Source of the DNA: Phoronis australis
Lineage: Eukaryota > Animalia > Phoronida
Assembly: GCA_002633005.1 (NCBI GenBank)
Contig: NMRA01000304.1
Coordinates: 275,200-339,199 of the forward strand
Length of the DNA: 64,000 nt
Direction: 5' to 3'
Within the stretch, counting starts at the first letter, position 1, and every line of letters begins with the position of its first letter. A program made the translations under genes and the position numbers. The notes under the pieces are model-generated. The model saw only the letters and a program-made list of their open reading frames with translations, had not been told where the DNA came from and made no database searches. Positions 51,201 through 61,968 of this stretch are shown here, piece after piece.

Positions 51201-53611
51201 GAAGCTGTCCATCTATATTTGTTCACTCTTGAAATTTTGAGAGACAAGTTCTTTAATGTGAAAGGAAAAGCTGGTTTGGATAGTGCTGTTATGGTATGCA
51301 TTTTGTTTCGTGGTTATTGAATACTGTTCCTGGTTGATTTGTATCGTTAATGATTTGGAAGTGAAAGTAATTTTAATACATCACGTATTAGGATTAAATC
51401 TGCCATGTGAATGAATCTTTTCAAAGTTAATAAAATATAACTGCTAATGAAGGTGTTGTAGTAATGGCAGGGATCTTTAAAAAGTGGGAACTTGAGTGTT
51501 TTGGATGCTGTCAGGATTTGCAATTGAAATCGTCCTTTGTTTTTTGACTTCTCTGCAAGGAGTCATGGTGCTAAGGTATTGAGTTTTTTTTTTGCAGGCA
51601 GTCAATTTCATCGTTAGTTTCTTCCAACGCTGCAGCTCTACAGAGATCATTGCTAGGTGGGTTGCAAACACTATGTTTTGTGGTGATGATTAAGACTGTG
51701 GCATCCTTAAAGTTTAATATTTTTTATCAAAAGGGGATGAGATGCTGGGATTTGAACACGCTTCAAATAGAATGAACCAGTTGTCTCCTTGAATTTGCTT
51801 ATATCGTCAGCCCACTGGGAACAAAATCTATGGTAACAATTTTTTGATTTGGCCTATGTTATTTTTTTTACAGCCAAGTCAGAAATAAGTCAAAAATAAA
51901 GCAATCATTGGCTGATTTTTGCACTATGGCTCAAAAATAAAAGCCAGAATTATTTTACTGTTGTTATGTTTTCTACAATCTCGTGCAATTCTTTGCAGGT
52001 CTGTTCCCGTCCTGCTGTTCAGTGTACTTCAGTTGTTACTGGTGAGCGAGGCAGAACACGTGAGGGCCAACCTCATCTACTTACTTCAGTGTCTGGTAGA
52101 GGGCGCTAAGAGAAATCCTGATGTAGCTAGCAGGTATAGAGTTTCTATCGATTTCTGCATTTCCTGAGAACTAGACTGTGCATGGACAGTGTTCTTTCAT
52201 TTTTGTTACAGTTGCCCGAAAGGACTGCGTGCTTACCACACCGCATCTTTGAAATGCTGCTGTGTTATTTACGTGACGTGATGCTGTCTGTTGCTCTGTG
52301 CTATCAAGGTTTTGTTTGGCATGCCGCGCATACTTATTGTCGACTGGGCACAGTCCTGACACTACTGTTGTGTTCTAAGTAGAACCTGATTAAGTTTCTG
52401 TAAAAACATTTTAGTCTCTGCATTGGCTATGGGCTGTGACTTTCCCTGTGTCATTGGCATGTGGCCTTGTTCTGCCACTTCTAGAACCACGTTGGCTGGG
52501 AGAAATTGTTTGTCTTCTCACAAAGTATATGTTAGTCGCATCACGTGACGTATAATTAAGACTGACCTGTGCTCCGACCAGTCTGCTGTGGGTGGCACAA
52601 AGATATTTTCAGACTTAATTCTAGGTCATGCGTTATGACCAACACGAAGCATGTAAGAAGACTAATAATTCTTGCATATACCATGTCAGCAGTTGTATCC
52701 CTTTATCATTTCTACACAGGGAGACATTGGCGAATGTGGTCACTGAGTTCGTCACCAAGTTTTTCACGTTGTACTCCATTAAAGTGATGTCTGTGGTGAA
52801 GAAAATTGTGTCACTCTATCCACAACTGGGTGGTATGGTGGTGGATGTGTTGAAACAAGCTGTGTCAGATGTAGAGCGGAAAAGAGGTGTTGGCAGTGAC
52901 TCTAAACTAAGGTATGTTGTCTTTCAAATGTAATGCTTCTTTACACTTTCTGGTCTTAACTCCATTTATTGTTGTTGTAATAAACATTTAAGAAATTGTT
53001 AGGGAGGGTTAAACAAACGGTACGCTTATGGGGGAGGGGTTCTTGGCTTGCTGCTTTCGTACGCTTTTGACATCATGAAAATGGCGATGTCGGCTAACAA
53101 AAGTTAATATTTTCATAATTTTCCTTTTTCACATTATAAAATAATGATGTCACAACCATTAGCAGACTGATGTCTCGAGGATCCAACCAGGCAAAAAAAC
53201 AAAGTATACAAAGAATTGTTTGAAAATGATATTTTATTTTTACACTATGTCACTGGTATTCAACTTTGAAGCAGTTACCTTAACTTTGACCTGATAAAAA
53301 TATTGTTGTAAGCTCAGGGTAGGTAAAAGCATATGATTTGTACGCTTGAGGGAAAACAACGATAAGTGGGAATGGTTCCTCACTTGTTTTAGTTTTTGCG
53401 TTGAGCAATTTCCAACTAAGCATAAGAAAAATGGCAATAATCTAGCATAGAGTGAATTGTACCGGTTGATTTTATTTAATTTGTTAATCACCGCTTTAAC
53501 AGCACATTACTATTAATTTAGTTATCTATAAATTACTCCTATCGCCTTTATCATTTTAGGCAAAGCCTTGGGCAACTGGAAGAGCTATGTCAGAAGTGTG
53601 AAGATAAGTAA
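27223..53611 (+). CDS. MMS22L: MMS22-like DNA repair protein (MMS22L-TONSL complex), 31 coding exons, about 1183 aa
   Basis: Phase-compatible GT-AG exons: 27223-27346, 28136-28247, 30143-30259, 31083-31166, 32657-32780, 33440-33533, 33966-34093, 35231-35344, 35917-35995, 36620-36810, 37380-37505, 38382-38494, 38957-39064, 39623-39734, 39984-40156, 40839-40969, 42091-42181, 43255-43310, 43748-43868, 44190-44273, 45213-45374, 45869-45989, 46673-46840, 47287-47391, 48227-48325, 48616-48660, 48903-49034 (these three repeated at 50486-50584, 50875-50919, 51162-51293), 51598-51656, 51999-52133, 52720-52911, 53560-53611 (TAA). Peptides collinear with vertebrate MMS22L as I recall it: ELFGQHFVTDVAL, CTCMKELWIM, KDPVGFCFWLLSHLA, EASLRCFL..WEPNVDLVNLLW, RVFARFHPRKMAELTETGLMNF, LADVAASFTLLAMDM, DVERKRGVG. 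Confidence 0.93.
29078..29375 (+). mobile_element. Helentron/DINE-1-like (HINE) element, young copy cut by a gap
   Basis: T-run start, hairpin ATGCGCCCACATAT..ATATGTGGACGCAT, (GTCC)n microsatellite, TTCATGAAATTTGG repeats. Confidence 0.8.
29376..29963. other. Assembly gap
   Basis: Run of N. Confidence 1.
34944..35270 (+). repeat. Tandem triplication (106-107 bp unit) spanning an MMS22L intron/exon boundary
   Basis: Unit TTCATGTATTGAAGAAGCTG..CTAATGTTCTC..CCCTAG|TTATCGTACAGCG occurs three times; AG acceptors at 35016-17, 35122-23 and 35229-30. Confidence 0.95.
40305..40660. mobile_element. Dispersed non-autonomous repeat (same family as 1900-2260)
   Basis: Shared ordered sequence blocks, see 1900-2260. 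Confidence 0.6.
41148..41300 (+). mobile_element. Degraded tRNA-derived SINE
   Basis: A-box-like TGACTCAGAGAGG and B-box-like GGTCGTGGGTTCAATACC, followed by a core GCAAAACACTTAACC..TTGCTCCA. Confidence 0.6.
41822..42048. repeat. 35-bp minisatellite (about 6.5 copies) just upstream of an MMS22L acceptor
   Basis: Unit GGTACCCAAACACCCCAATACCTRTGGTTGAYAG(G). Confidence 0.92.
47448..51525 (+). repeat. Tandem duplicate 47448-49266 / 49268-51525 joined by a single N (probably two haplotypes)
   Basis: Distal 1.05 kb is almost identical at offset 2259; the proximal part differs by SNPs and indels. N at 49267 sits exactly at the junction. Confidence 0.9.
49700..49940. mobile_element. PIF/Harbinger-type MITE with CAG TSD
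   Basis: Termini GGGCCTGTTCCAAGAAACTGACTTA / CTAAGTCAGTTTTGTTGGAGCGTGCCC. CAG is duplicated at 49697-99 and 49941-43. The empty site CTTCAGGTCTTTAA is present in the other copy near 47875-47888. Confidence 0.88.
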
Positions 53612-54209
53612 AGAGCAGAGAATTTCACTAGCTTTCAAACAGCCAAATTGATGGGCAGTTTGGCAATTTTGGTTGAACATAATTTATTATAAAATTTGTA
53701 TATGAGGAATTCATATCAAACATTTCTAATGTCTTGATATGATATAAATGGTTGATAACGATTCATATTAACGGTTGTTGAAATTTTTCACGCAAAGTTT
53801 ATCATTAATAGTGACTGACATCATTTCTTATCACTGAGCAATAATGAATGATCAAAAGAGGTTTTCCATGAATTTTCCTATGAATGATAATGAGACTGAT
53901 ATTAGACTGAACATCATTTGTCATCAGCCTGATATGAATCTATATCAGCCAACAAGGGTTACCAAGTTGTATTTTGTTTTATGTTGTGTTTTTGTGTACA
54001 GCTATTTGTCTCTGATATTTGAATTAGGTCTCAGAGACATGAAGTAATATTATCTCCCCTTTTTGGGGAAAGTGATTGCATAGATCTCGAGCACATGCAT
54101 CACTTTACCCATCTTGTGAATCAGTTGCGTAAGATATCCTTGTGACATTCTCACTGCACTGTTCTGTAACAGTGGTATGTTGTGGATGCCATCTTGAAGT
54201 TGTAAAAGT

Positions 54210-54706
54210 CAGGGCTTGGAATGACCAATGACGAAAAACGCGGAAACTTGTACGCCCCAAAGTATACGCGCTCCCCAGCCTTGAAATAGTCGAGTGGACC
54301 TTTTCCGACAAAAATTGGGAGGACTAAAAAAGAAAAAAACGGTAGCACCTCCAGATGCGTGCGTCTCCGTCTTTTTAGCTCGTCTGTCCACTCTCACCTC
54401 CACAAATTTTTGGCTGCAGAGTCTTAGTATTTGTCACCGCGGTTTTAAACACACGAGACACCATTGAAAAATCCACCACGTTATCCCAGATGCCCCGGCA
54501 ATGTTGACAATTTACGTTCCTCCGAAACATAACAACTTCCGCTTTTGGAGATGAAAGTCGTCGGCAACGCCGCGGTAAGAAAGGAATTTGCCGCGGAAAT
54601 TTTATATCAAATCCGATTTTTTTTACACGGAAATATAATAAAATATGGGGACAGAACATTTGAAAAAAGCGGAAATCTGCGTTTCCGCGGAAAATTCCAA
54701 GCCTTG
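54210..54706. mobile_element. Non-autonomous DNA transposon (hAT-like termini) with 6-bp TSD
   Basis: CAGGGCTTGGAAT ... ATTCCAAGCCTTG, flanked by AAAAGT on both sides; subterminal CCGCGGAAA repeats. Confidence 0.75.
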
Positions 54707-56149
54707 AAAAGTGAACAAACACTATGTTTTTTGTTGCATTCTTGACAAAAGCGCAGGAGCACAGCTCTGAGCACTTTTATCTAGTTACGTTTGACCAATA
54801 CTAGGGATTCATGTTATCTTGTTTTGTTATCCAAGTTATTCAGAAAGGGTAGTTGTTTTGCACATGGGCTAACTAAGCTAGGGTGAGCATAAAGCCTCCT
54901 CTTGAACATCTCGTAAGCTACTGTGTGTGTAGATAGTACAAGCTGATACTATCAGACCACTTTACCTGATAAGCAACACAACATCAGTTATGTGATCTAG
55001 TTTTAATGAAAGTGGCTACTGTATTAATGTTCTTTTTTATGGAAACATGTTGCCTTTTATGGACTGAGCAACCTGTTTCTATTCTTCATAGACACATTTT
55101 TGTCAAAAGTAATGTTGATTGGCTCATAAAGGAACTACATGATAGCAAGTGGCAGCATATGTTGATAAAAACAACGGTGAATTTAAATAGACTTGGTCAC
55201 GTTTTGATGTTTATTAAAAACCATCCTCAGAAGCAAAAACTTTGGTCACCTTGTTAGGCCCATCAACAGCTAATGATACACAGACACAGTCGGTTACAGT
55301 GGAGTAACAGTAGACTAGACTAGCAATGACTACCTGTGGTGTGCCAGTTGCCTATTGAAACTGGGCTTACACCCTGGAGAAGAAAAAGTAGAAGTCATAG
55401 AAGAAATAGCGTAATGAGTCACGAACCAAAAACCTACAAAATCTGTACATCTAAATTAGCCCCACCACCAAAAATAGTATCATTGCTCAAAGCTTTACCT
55501 ACGACATGACCACACCAGTAACACAACAACAAGACCACACCTGGTCCAGTAACAGAACAATATTAATCATGGTCATCTGAAAGCAAAAGTTACGTGTTAA
55601 TCTCTTCAAGTCCTTTGTTTTACAATGACTGCACTCATTGTGATTTCAAACACTGCAACTGTTGGTAGGGTATCCTTGTAAAGCAAAGTAGGAGTAGTAA
55701 GACATCTGTTTAAACATATATTAGACTAACCGCATGCGTGCTGTACACTAGTTTAAGCATATATAAACATAACCTTTTCTCGGAAAAGCACAGAGAGTCG
55801 CTAGAAGTGCTACAATAAACGATCTGAATAATGATAACATTTATATTACAGAGTGAAGTATCTGCCATGCTTTTCTAAAGTCTTATAACAAATCACAAAT
55901 ACGAATGCTGTAACTTCATTACTACCTCCTTAATTCTGATTGTTGTCACTGAAGTGGATTTGCTAAGTTTATCCTTTGTAGCTCTAGAATCTTCAGCTTT
56001 CCACATAGTTCAGTACTGGTGTTGTGGTTATGTCTCTGTAGGTCATACCAAATTCAGACTGAACTACATCAGCTTGATTGGTTAGCTATCAAAAACCTTT
56101 CCAAAACGCATCTTTGGCGTGGTTGCCTTTTGAGGAACATGTGTATTAG

Positions 56150-56843
56150 ACTAATCACATGTGCATGAGTTTTTTTGAAGTTGTCTATCACAGTTGCTTG
56201 GCAGGTGATGAAATTATCAATGTGCTTGCTGGAGACAGTTCTGTCGGTATTTTTGTAAGCATCCTTTGTCATACTTAGAATCCCCAAACACTTACTAAAA
56301 TAATGTTTCCAGTGCTGCGTAGCCAAGTCCCACTTCATGTACCAACAACACCATGAGATAATTAATTTCAAAACCCACATTCTTTTTGGCAGTTATTTAG
56401 CCGTTTGCTGCTGTATACCCATTTGTCAAAGTCGCATTCATTGCAAGATAATACTAACTTTAAACTGAAACCCATTTTCTCAGCATGGGAAATCCTCACC
56501 CGAAGTGTATCCTGTCCTTCACAACTTAAACAATGGAAACCAGAGATCAGATGGTTTAGTTGCACAATGTCACAAAGAATCTTCCTCAGTCATTCACTGC
56601 TACTTGCTCACGAAACTCTGCAACACAATCTTGTAGCTGATCCCTTCTCTGGCACTCTGGTTCTGAACGAGCCGACGAGGTCGATGCATGTGTCAATGGC
56701 CTCGACATTTCTTCGCTATCAGATCCAATTTCACGGTCGCTGTGTCTTCTTCAGCGCTTCGATTCATGTTCTTTGTTTACTTGACGTATTCTGCTTGCCT
56801 TTGTGCATTTTTTCGAGGCGACCGATGTCAACTTAGAAGGCAT
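56150..56843 (-). pseudogene. Degraded N-terminal part of a DDE transposase (Mutator-like/Kolobok-related zinc-binding N-terminus)
   Basis: Across frameshifts it reads CLSCEG..EKMGFSLKLVLSCNEC..VYSSK..FEINYLMVL..EVGLGYAALET..CLGILSM, the CxxC-G(L/F)-CxxC-(D/E)(V/I)N-GxG pattern of this transposase class. Contains stops. Confidence 0.6.
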
Positions 56844-57495
56844 TTCGATGAAATTTGATAGAAACTCCAGCAAAATTTCAGTAAAAATGGCAACCATAAA
56901 CAATGTGTAGCCGAGAGTACACGAAGCTAGTAACTAGGCAATCAGAATTGTGAGTGGAGTAGATGAGAGCGAAGCCCTCGGACAGCTTCGAGAGATCGGA
57001 GGATCTCGCCTTCTGTCCTTGCTGTGGTTGGTGTGGACGTAGATCGAGGGCAGGACCTGGTAGGCCGGTGGTGGTAGAGGTGGTGTGCTTGATCTTCTGG
57101 AGACGAGATGGTGGCTGGATGGCAACAGCGTTATTGACATCGTAGAGGTGAAGCTGGCTTGATGGCAACAGCTTAGAGTTTGATTCGCATGAAGCCGGCT
57201 TGTTGGCAACAGCTGTCATGATACTGATTGGTTGTCTTTATACTGCCCCGTTGGGACATTTTTTTTCCATTGTCTTTATACTGCCCCGACGCCCCTTCGG
57301 AACAGTTACCAGTGGCACAGGGCCCGAACCCTTAGTGCTCCGGTAGCAGGTTGTCACGAAATTTGGTTGTCTTTATACTGCCCCGTCGCCCCTTCGGAAC
57401 AGTTACCTGTAGTGCCGGGCCCGAACCCTTAGTGCTCCGGTACGTGGTTGTCACGACATTTTGGTTGTCTTTATACTGCCCCGTCGGGACAGTTT

Positions 57496-57843
57496 TTACC
57501 AGTTGAGCAGGGCCAGGACCCTTAAGTGCTCCTGGAATAGGCTTGTCTCGGAAATGCGGCTTAGTGTGGCTTCGCGGAGTGACTGCAGCCTGTCGTAGAG
57601 CATATTTGTGTCAATGGGAGTGAAATCAACTCCTTGCTTGACAAGGATGCCCACTCCGCTGCCCGAGCGGTCGGAGCGGTCTCTCCGTACAATGCTGTAG
57701 CCAGGTATTGTGAATTTGATTTTGTCAGACAGCCAGGTTTCGTTCATGGATACTACGTCTGGTTTTTCGTCGGCAAGATACTCTATTAGAGTTTGCCGTT
57801 TCCCTCTCGCCCCTTTGAGGTTAATGTGTAGTAGACTAGCCAT
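57496..57843 (-). pseudogene. LINE ORF2 remnant: APE endonuclease N-terminus fused to an ORF2 C-terminus-like tail
   Basis: LLHINLKG..KPDVVSMNETWL..IPGYSIVRRDR..GSGVGILVK are APE motifs I-III. The frame then jumps to YDRLQSLREATLSRI..*. Confidence 0.88.
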
Positions 57844-57883
57844 GTCGGAAACACGTGGTGACTCTTTTGGTACTGTCTAAATT

Positions 57884-59325
57884 TCACTGTCTGGTTATCA
57901 GCTGGAGGACCTGTGAGCCATTCAGATCTGTCTTATAATTTGTGTTGACCGAGTCAATGATCAGCTGGCTGACTTCCTCTTTTCCGAAGTCGAGCCCTAG
58001 TTTTTTTGCCATTATGCCCACCGCCAGCTCGGTGAGCGTCATCGCCAGTCTGAGGACCTCAAGGTTGTTTGACGGGCCCTTTGCAGCCTGAGCGTATGAC
58101 AGCTGCTTTGTTTTAGTTGCTGTCTTATACTCCGTATAGTACTTGCATGACCTGTGGTTTGCTGGGTGGGGGCCACTGCAGTTAGCACAGGTCGGTGCTT
58201 CCTCGCGTTTATCACACTCGAATGACTTGTGGTTATTACCACAGTGATTACATTTATCCACTTCGGACTTGCAATCCGTGCTGAAGTGTCCGTATTCACG
58301 GCACTTGTAGCATTGCAGGACTGTTTCGGTCTTATATTTTTCACTTGTGCCTCATCAGTCCTATGAAGGCACAGTTTTTGATAATACTATCGTATGTGTC
58401 TCTGTCGGGACAGGAGACTTTTAACTTTGTGGGTTGGCCGGTCTAGCTTCCCCGATATCAGCCGTTTGGCTGTAAAGCCGTTGCCAAGAGCTTTTTCTAT
58501 TTCGCTGTCCGTCAGCGTTTTAGAGACGTTCAAGAGCACAAGCGTGAGGGCACGCGAGTCGCTCTTGCGATCAATGGGGTTGCGGAATGTGCAACCCTCA
58601 AATTGCTGAAGTGTGTGTCCCTTTGCTAGGAGGGACGTACAGGACTCGTGGTCCTCAGTGAATACCAGCAGGTGACCGCGCTTAGTGAAGATCACCTTTT
58701 TTGCTTTGAAGCCTGCTAAGGCTTTTTGCATGGCAAGGCCGTCCCCGCGGAGGGCCGCGGGTGCGGGCGTCACCACGACTGGAGTTTTGGAGTCGCCTCC
58801 CGGGTGGTTGGCCTCCGTTTTCTCCGTCTTTCGTTTCTTAGGAGTGACCAGTGTCCACTCCGATGTTTTGGAGCCCCACTGCGAGGGCGCAGCCGGGGTT
58901 TTGAAGCCTTCCTGCGAGGGTGCAGGGGGCTTGGATTTGTCTTTATTCTGCCCCGTAGGGACAGAAGGAGACTGCGGGTGTGCAGCCGGGGTCTTCGTGC
59001 CCGCCTGCGAGGGCGCAGGGGGTTTGGTTTTGTCTTTATTCTGCCCCGTCGGGACAGAGGGTTTGTGCAGGGCCGCAGCAACCTTGTTTGTCACGGTGGT
59101 GGGCTTCGTCGCCGAAGCCGAGGGTCTCTGTCACGATCTGCTTCGTGGTCGAAGCAGCGGTGGCTTTGAGGAGGTCACGTTCGGATAGGCCAGAGGTCCA
59201 GGCGGACTTGGCTTCCGCAGCTCTGACAAGAGCTATGAATTCCTCTCCGTTGAGGTTTCCGTCTTTAGGTCTTGCTTAACAGTAAGCAGGTGGTCTATGA
59301 AGTTGTTAATCTTGATAGATGCCAT
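57884..59325 (-). pseudogene. LINE ORF1 (gag-like nucleic-acid-binding protein), frameshifted
   Basis: QCYKCREYGHFSTDC..KCNHCGNNHKSFEC..TCANCSGPHPANHRSC (Cx2Cx4Hx4C, Cx2Cx3Hx4C, Cx2Cx3Hx6C), plus SYAQAAK and EWTLVTPKKRK motifs. Split over several frames. Confidence 0.88.
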
Positions 59326-60126
59326 AATCTTGAGAGAGATCGGTAGTGCGTCTGAACTCGACTGTGTCTGGTATCAGAGACCTAGGCAATCAGAAAGCTC
59401 TATTGTGAGTTCATCTACCATGACATTAATACTGTCCAATCAAATTTGGTTTAGTCACATTCATTCATGACCAGTTTTTAGCTTTACAGTAAAAGATTCA
59501 CTTGTTTGCAGGCAATCGCGTGATAGAGCTTGAATTTACCTCTACAATGATATATAGGTCAATACCAGAATCTGTCAGTCCAGATGCGTAACCAAGCTTG
59601 TTTTGTGACAATTTTTAGAAAGTTTTGAGGAGGGTATTGGAAACTTTTGGGAAGTAGTACAGCAAAACAAGCAAATGAATAATTAGTAAAAAAATATGAC
59701 TTTAGGGGGTTGCCGGTAATTCTTGGATGATTGTAGTATGCTGAATCAAAAAACTCAAACGTTTCAACTGCAGACTCTCACAGAGGAAACAGCTGCACAT
59801 CTCTGTAACGGTTGAGAAGGGGTGCTGCATCCTGATCTTGATAGATTCAGTTTTGACTTTGAAAGTTCTCTTGCCACCAATCCACTAGGGAATAAACACA
59901 TTGAAAACGTAACAAAAACTTTCATAAGATTAATGAAAATCACCTTTCACATCAAGATAATTTTGTCTTTAAAAGGTCGTCTCTTGCAACGACTCCAACT
60001 GCACACAAGAGGAAATCAGGACAGTATTGTTTTGCTCTGGTTTAGCTTACACATTGATGTACAATCGCTCCAGTCACAAAAGATCTGAGTCTACAGTCAC
60101 TGATGCGAGTTTTGCACTGCAGCAGC

Positions 60127-60275
60127 TCACATGTCGATCTTCTTGACTGGGACCTGGTTGTATGCTATTCGAATAAGCTGGTCCAAATGCTTCTTGTTAA
60201 GGTTGCTCCTTAGCATTTTCTGCAGAGGGTTCTGAATGCCCTCTCCTCCCCCACATTCCCAACCATAATACACAA
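60127..60275 (-). pseudogene. hAT transposase C-terminal dimerisation-domain fragment
   Basis: LRSNLNKKHLDQLIRI resembles the (K)LRNRL...LD.LMRI end of hAT/ZNF862-like transposases. Confidence 0.5.
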
Positions 60276-60599
60276 GGTTTGGTAGGCCAACTGGTGCAGT
60301 TCTGAAAAAGAACATAAAGACCTTCATACGGTGTTTAGTTTACAACCGTGACAGGATACTACTAGGTTTTAATTCACATTGTTTATGTCTTACATTTTAT
60401 ATTTACTCAGAAAAATCTCCCTGCAGTCTGGCCAATGAACTTCTCAGAAAAGGTCTGTTGGTCTGAGAGTGCAATTGACTCAATTTGGAAAAATGGAAAT
60501 TAAAAGTGGTATACTTGTTGATAAGAATGTGTATTACTTACAGAATGGATATACATATCCAGACATTACTTGACATAGTCCACAGAGCATTTCACCTGG

Positions 60600-61778
60600 T
60601 ATCTAATAAAGAGTGTCTTTCTCTGGTAAAAAACTTTCTCACTTACTCGGGGAGCAAACATTTATCGAAAAACTTTGTTGACTTTGATACAATTTCATTA
60701 ACAGTGTCACTGCACAGTTCAATGCGATCTACTTTGATGCCAAGCACAGACCACACAACAAAATCCACATACTCCTACTCACTTATAAGCAACTGTGTTT
60801 GAACTTGATAGAAGTACGGATGGTCAGACTTAAACTTGTACTGTCCGTCAACTAATTTCAGCAAGGCCCTCTACTGTGGTGTGCTTGAGGCAAAATGGGC
60901 ACTTCACCTCAAGGCACCCTGTCTACAGCAGTCACACTTTACTATAGCATCCAGTGAGGCCCCAACATGCGGATACTTGGGGTTTATTATGGGCCCTGAA
61001 TCGTCCACAATCAAATTTTCATGTTCTAGAGCCATAAGTTCGATGTAACGATTTACAGCAACTTTTTCGTGTTCGCAGCCATAGCATGTTTCCGCAGTTG
61101 AAAATGTTGAATCTTGCGGATAGCAGGATGTTTTTTATCAATGATCTTGATGGTTTTTCACTCGTTGTTCTGCACACACTGTGCACCTTGGATGTAGTAA
61201 CCTGGCCAGCACGAAATCTGAACTACAACTTGCTAGCAGACTGGTTACGGGTTGCTTTCTCCACGTTCCGAGGCTTGTCATTGCTAACCACGATCCTCTC
61301 TCAGTGTTGCTCAGCCCCTTAACCTCTGACCAGTTCATGTGCTCGGCTTCTGATATAAAAACATTACTTAACACAGTAGGGTAGACAGTATGGTATATCA
61401 CAGGAATGAATGCGTCACAAAGCTCAGGAATTGGGTATAGGATTGCAGGATTCCCAGATGTGTTGGCTACGTCACTGAAGAGTGCACCAAGTTCTTGGGG
61501 TCTAGCAGGGTCAACTTTGGTTTTCGCACAAGGGTTGGGGATTGTATGTTACCTTCGTAACGGCACTTGGTAACTTCCAATAAGCCTACTCTTGCGTGAC
61601 AGTTCTGCTATCTCAAATGTTAAGTCGCCTCCAGCCAATACAAAGTGTCAGCGATGTGGCTGCATGCGTCTTCAAGGCCTGCCATGCAGTTGTAGTGGGC
61701 GCTACGTACTTGCAAATCTTTCTCTGAAATCAGCCATGGCCTCAGTTGAGTGTCTCATTTTTTGTGAATGCATCACCT
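60600..61778 (-). pseudogene. SWIM + YqaJ-like (lambda-exonuclease fold) transposon protein pseudogene
   Basis: AHYNCMAGLEDACSHIADTLYWLE (SWIM), RAGQVTTSKVHSVC, YGCEHE, INPKYPHVGASLDAIVKCDCC, HPYFYQVQTQL..YVDFVVW. Stops and frameshifts. Confidence 0.8.
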
Positions 61779-61968
61779 GCAATTGAAAAGTAAGATCACT
61801 GTCAAGTGAATTATTCACAAGTTGTGTGTAACTTTATCTCATACCATATCGAAAACCAGTGGACGCTCCTGAATGTGGTAAGTTAAGTATCGGTATATGT
61901 GACCATATGTAATCAACGTCAAAGGGAAATGACTCGCAGTCACTTATACTTGTTATTTGTACCAAACA

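Larger units (their letters stand above)
56948..59381 (-). mobile_element. Internally deleted non-LTR retrotransposon (Jockey/I group) with 14-bp TSD
   Basis: CTAGGCAATCAGAA at 56934-56947 and 59382-59395. Contains a gag-like ORF1 with three CCHC knuckles and an ORF2 AP-endonuclease start; no reverse transcriptase. Confidence 0.9.

Noticed and set aside
54105-54745. Cluster of short overlapping ORFs
   Set aside because: They lie in a TIR/TSD-bounded non-coding element and show no recognisable domain.
57232-57500. CRISPR-like repeat/spacer pattern
   Set aside because: The intervening sequences are homologous to each other; these are tandem LINE 3' repeats.
58394-59279. Plus-strand ORFs of 71-167 aa
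   Set aside because: GC-rich antisense frames of LINE ORF1.
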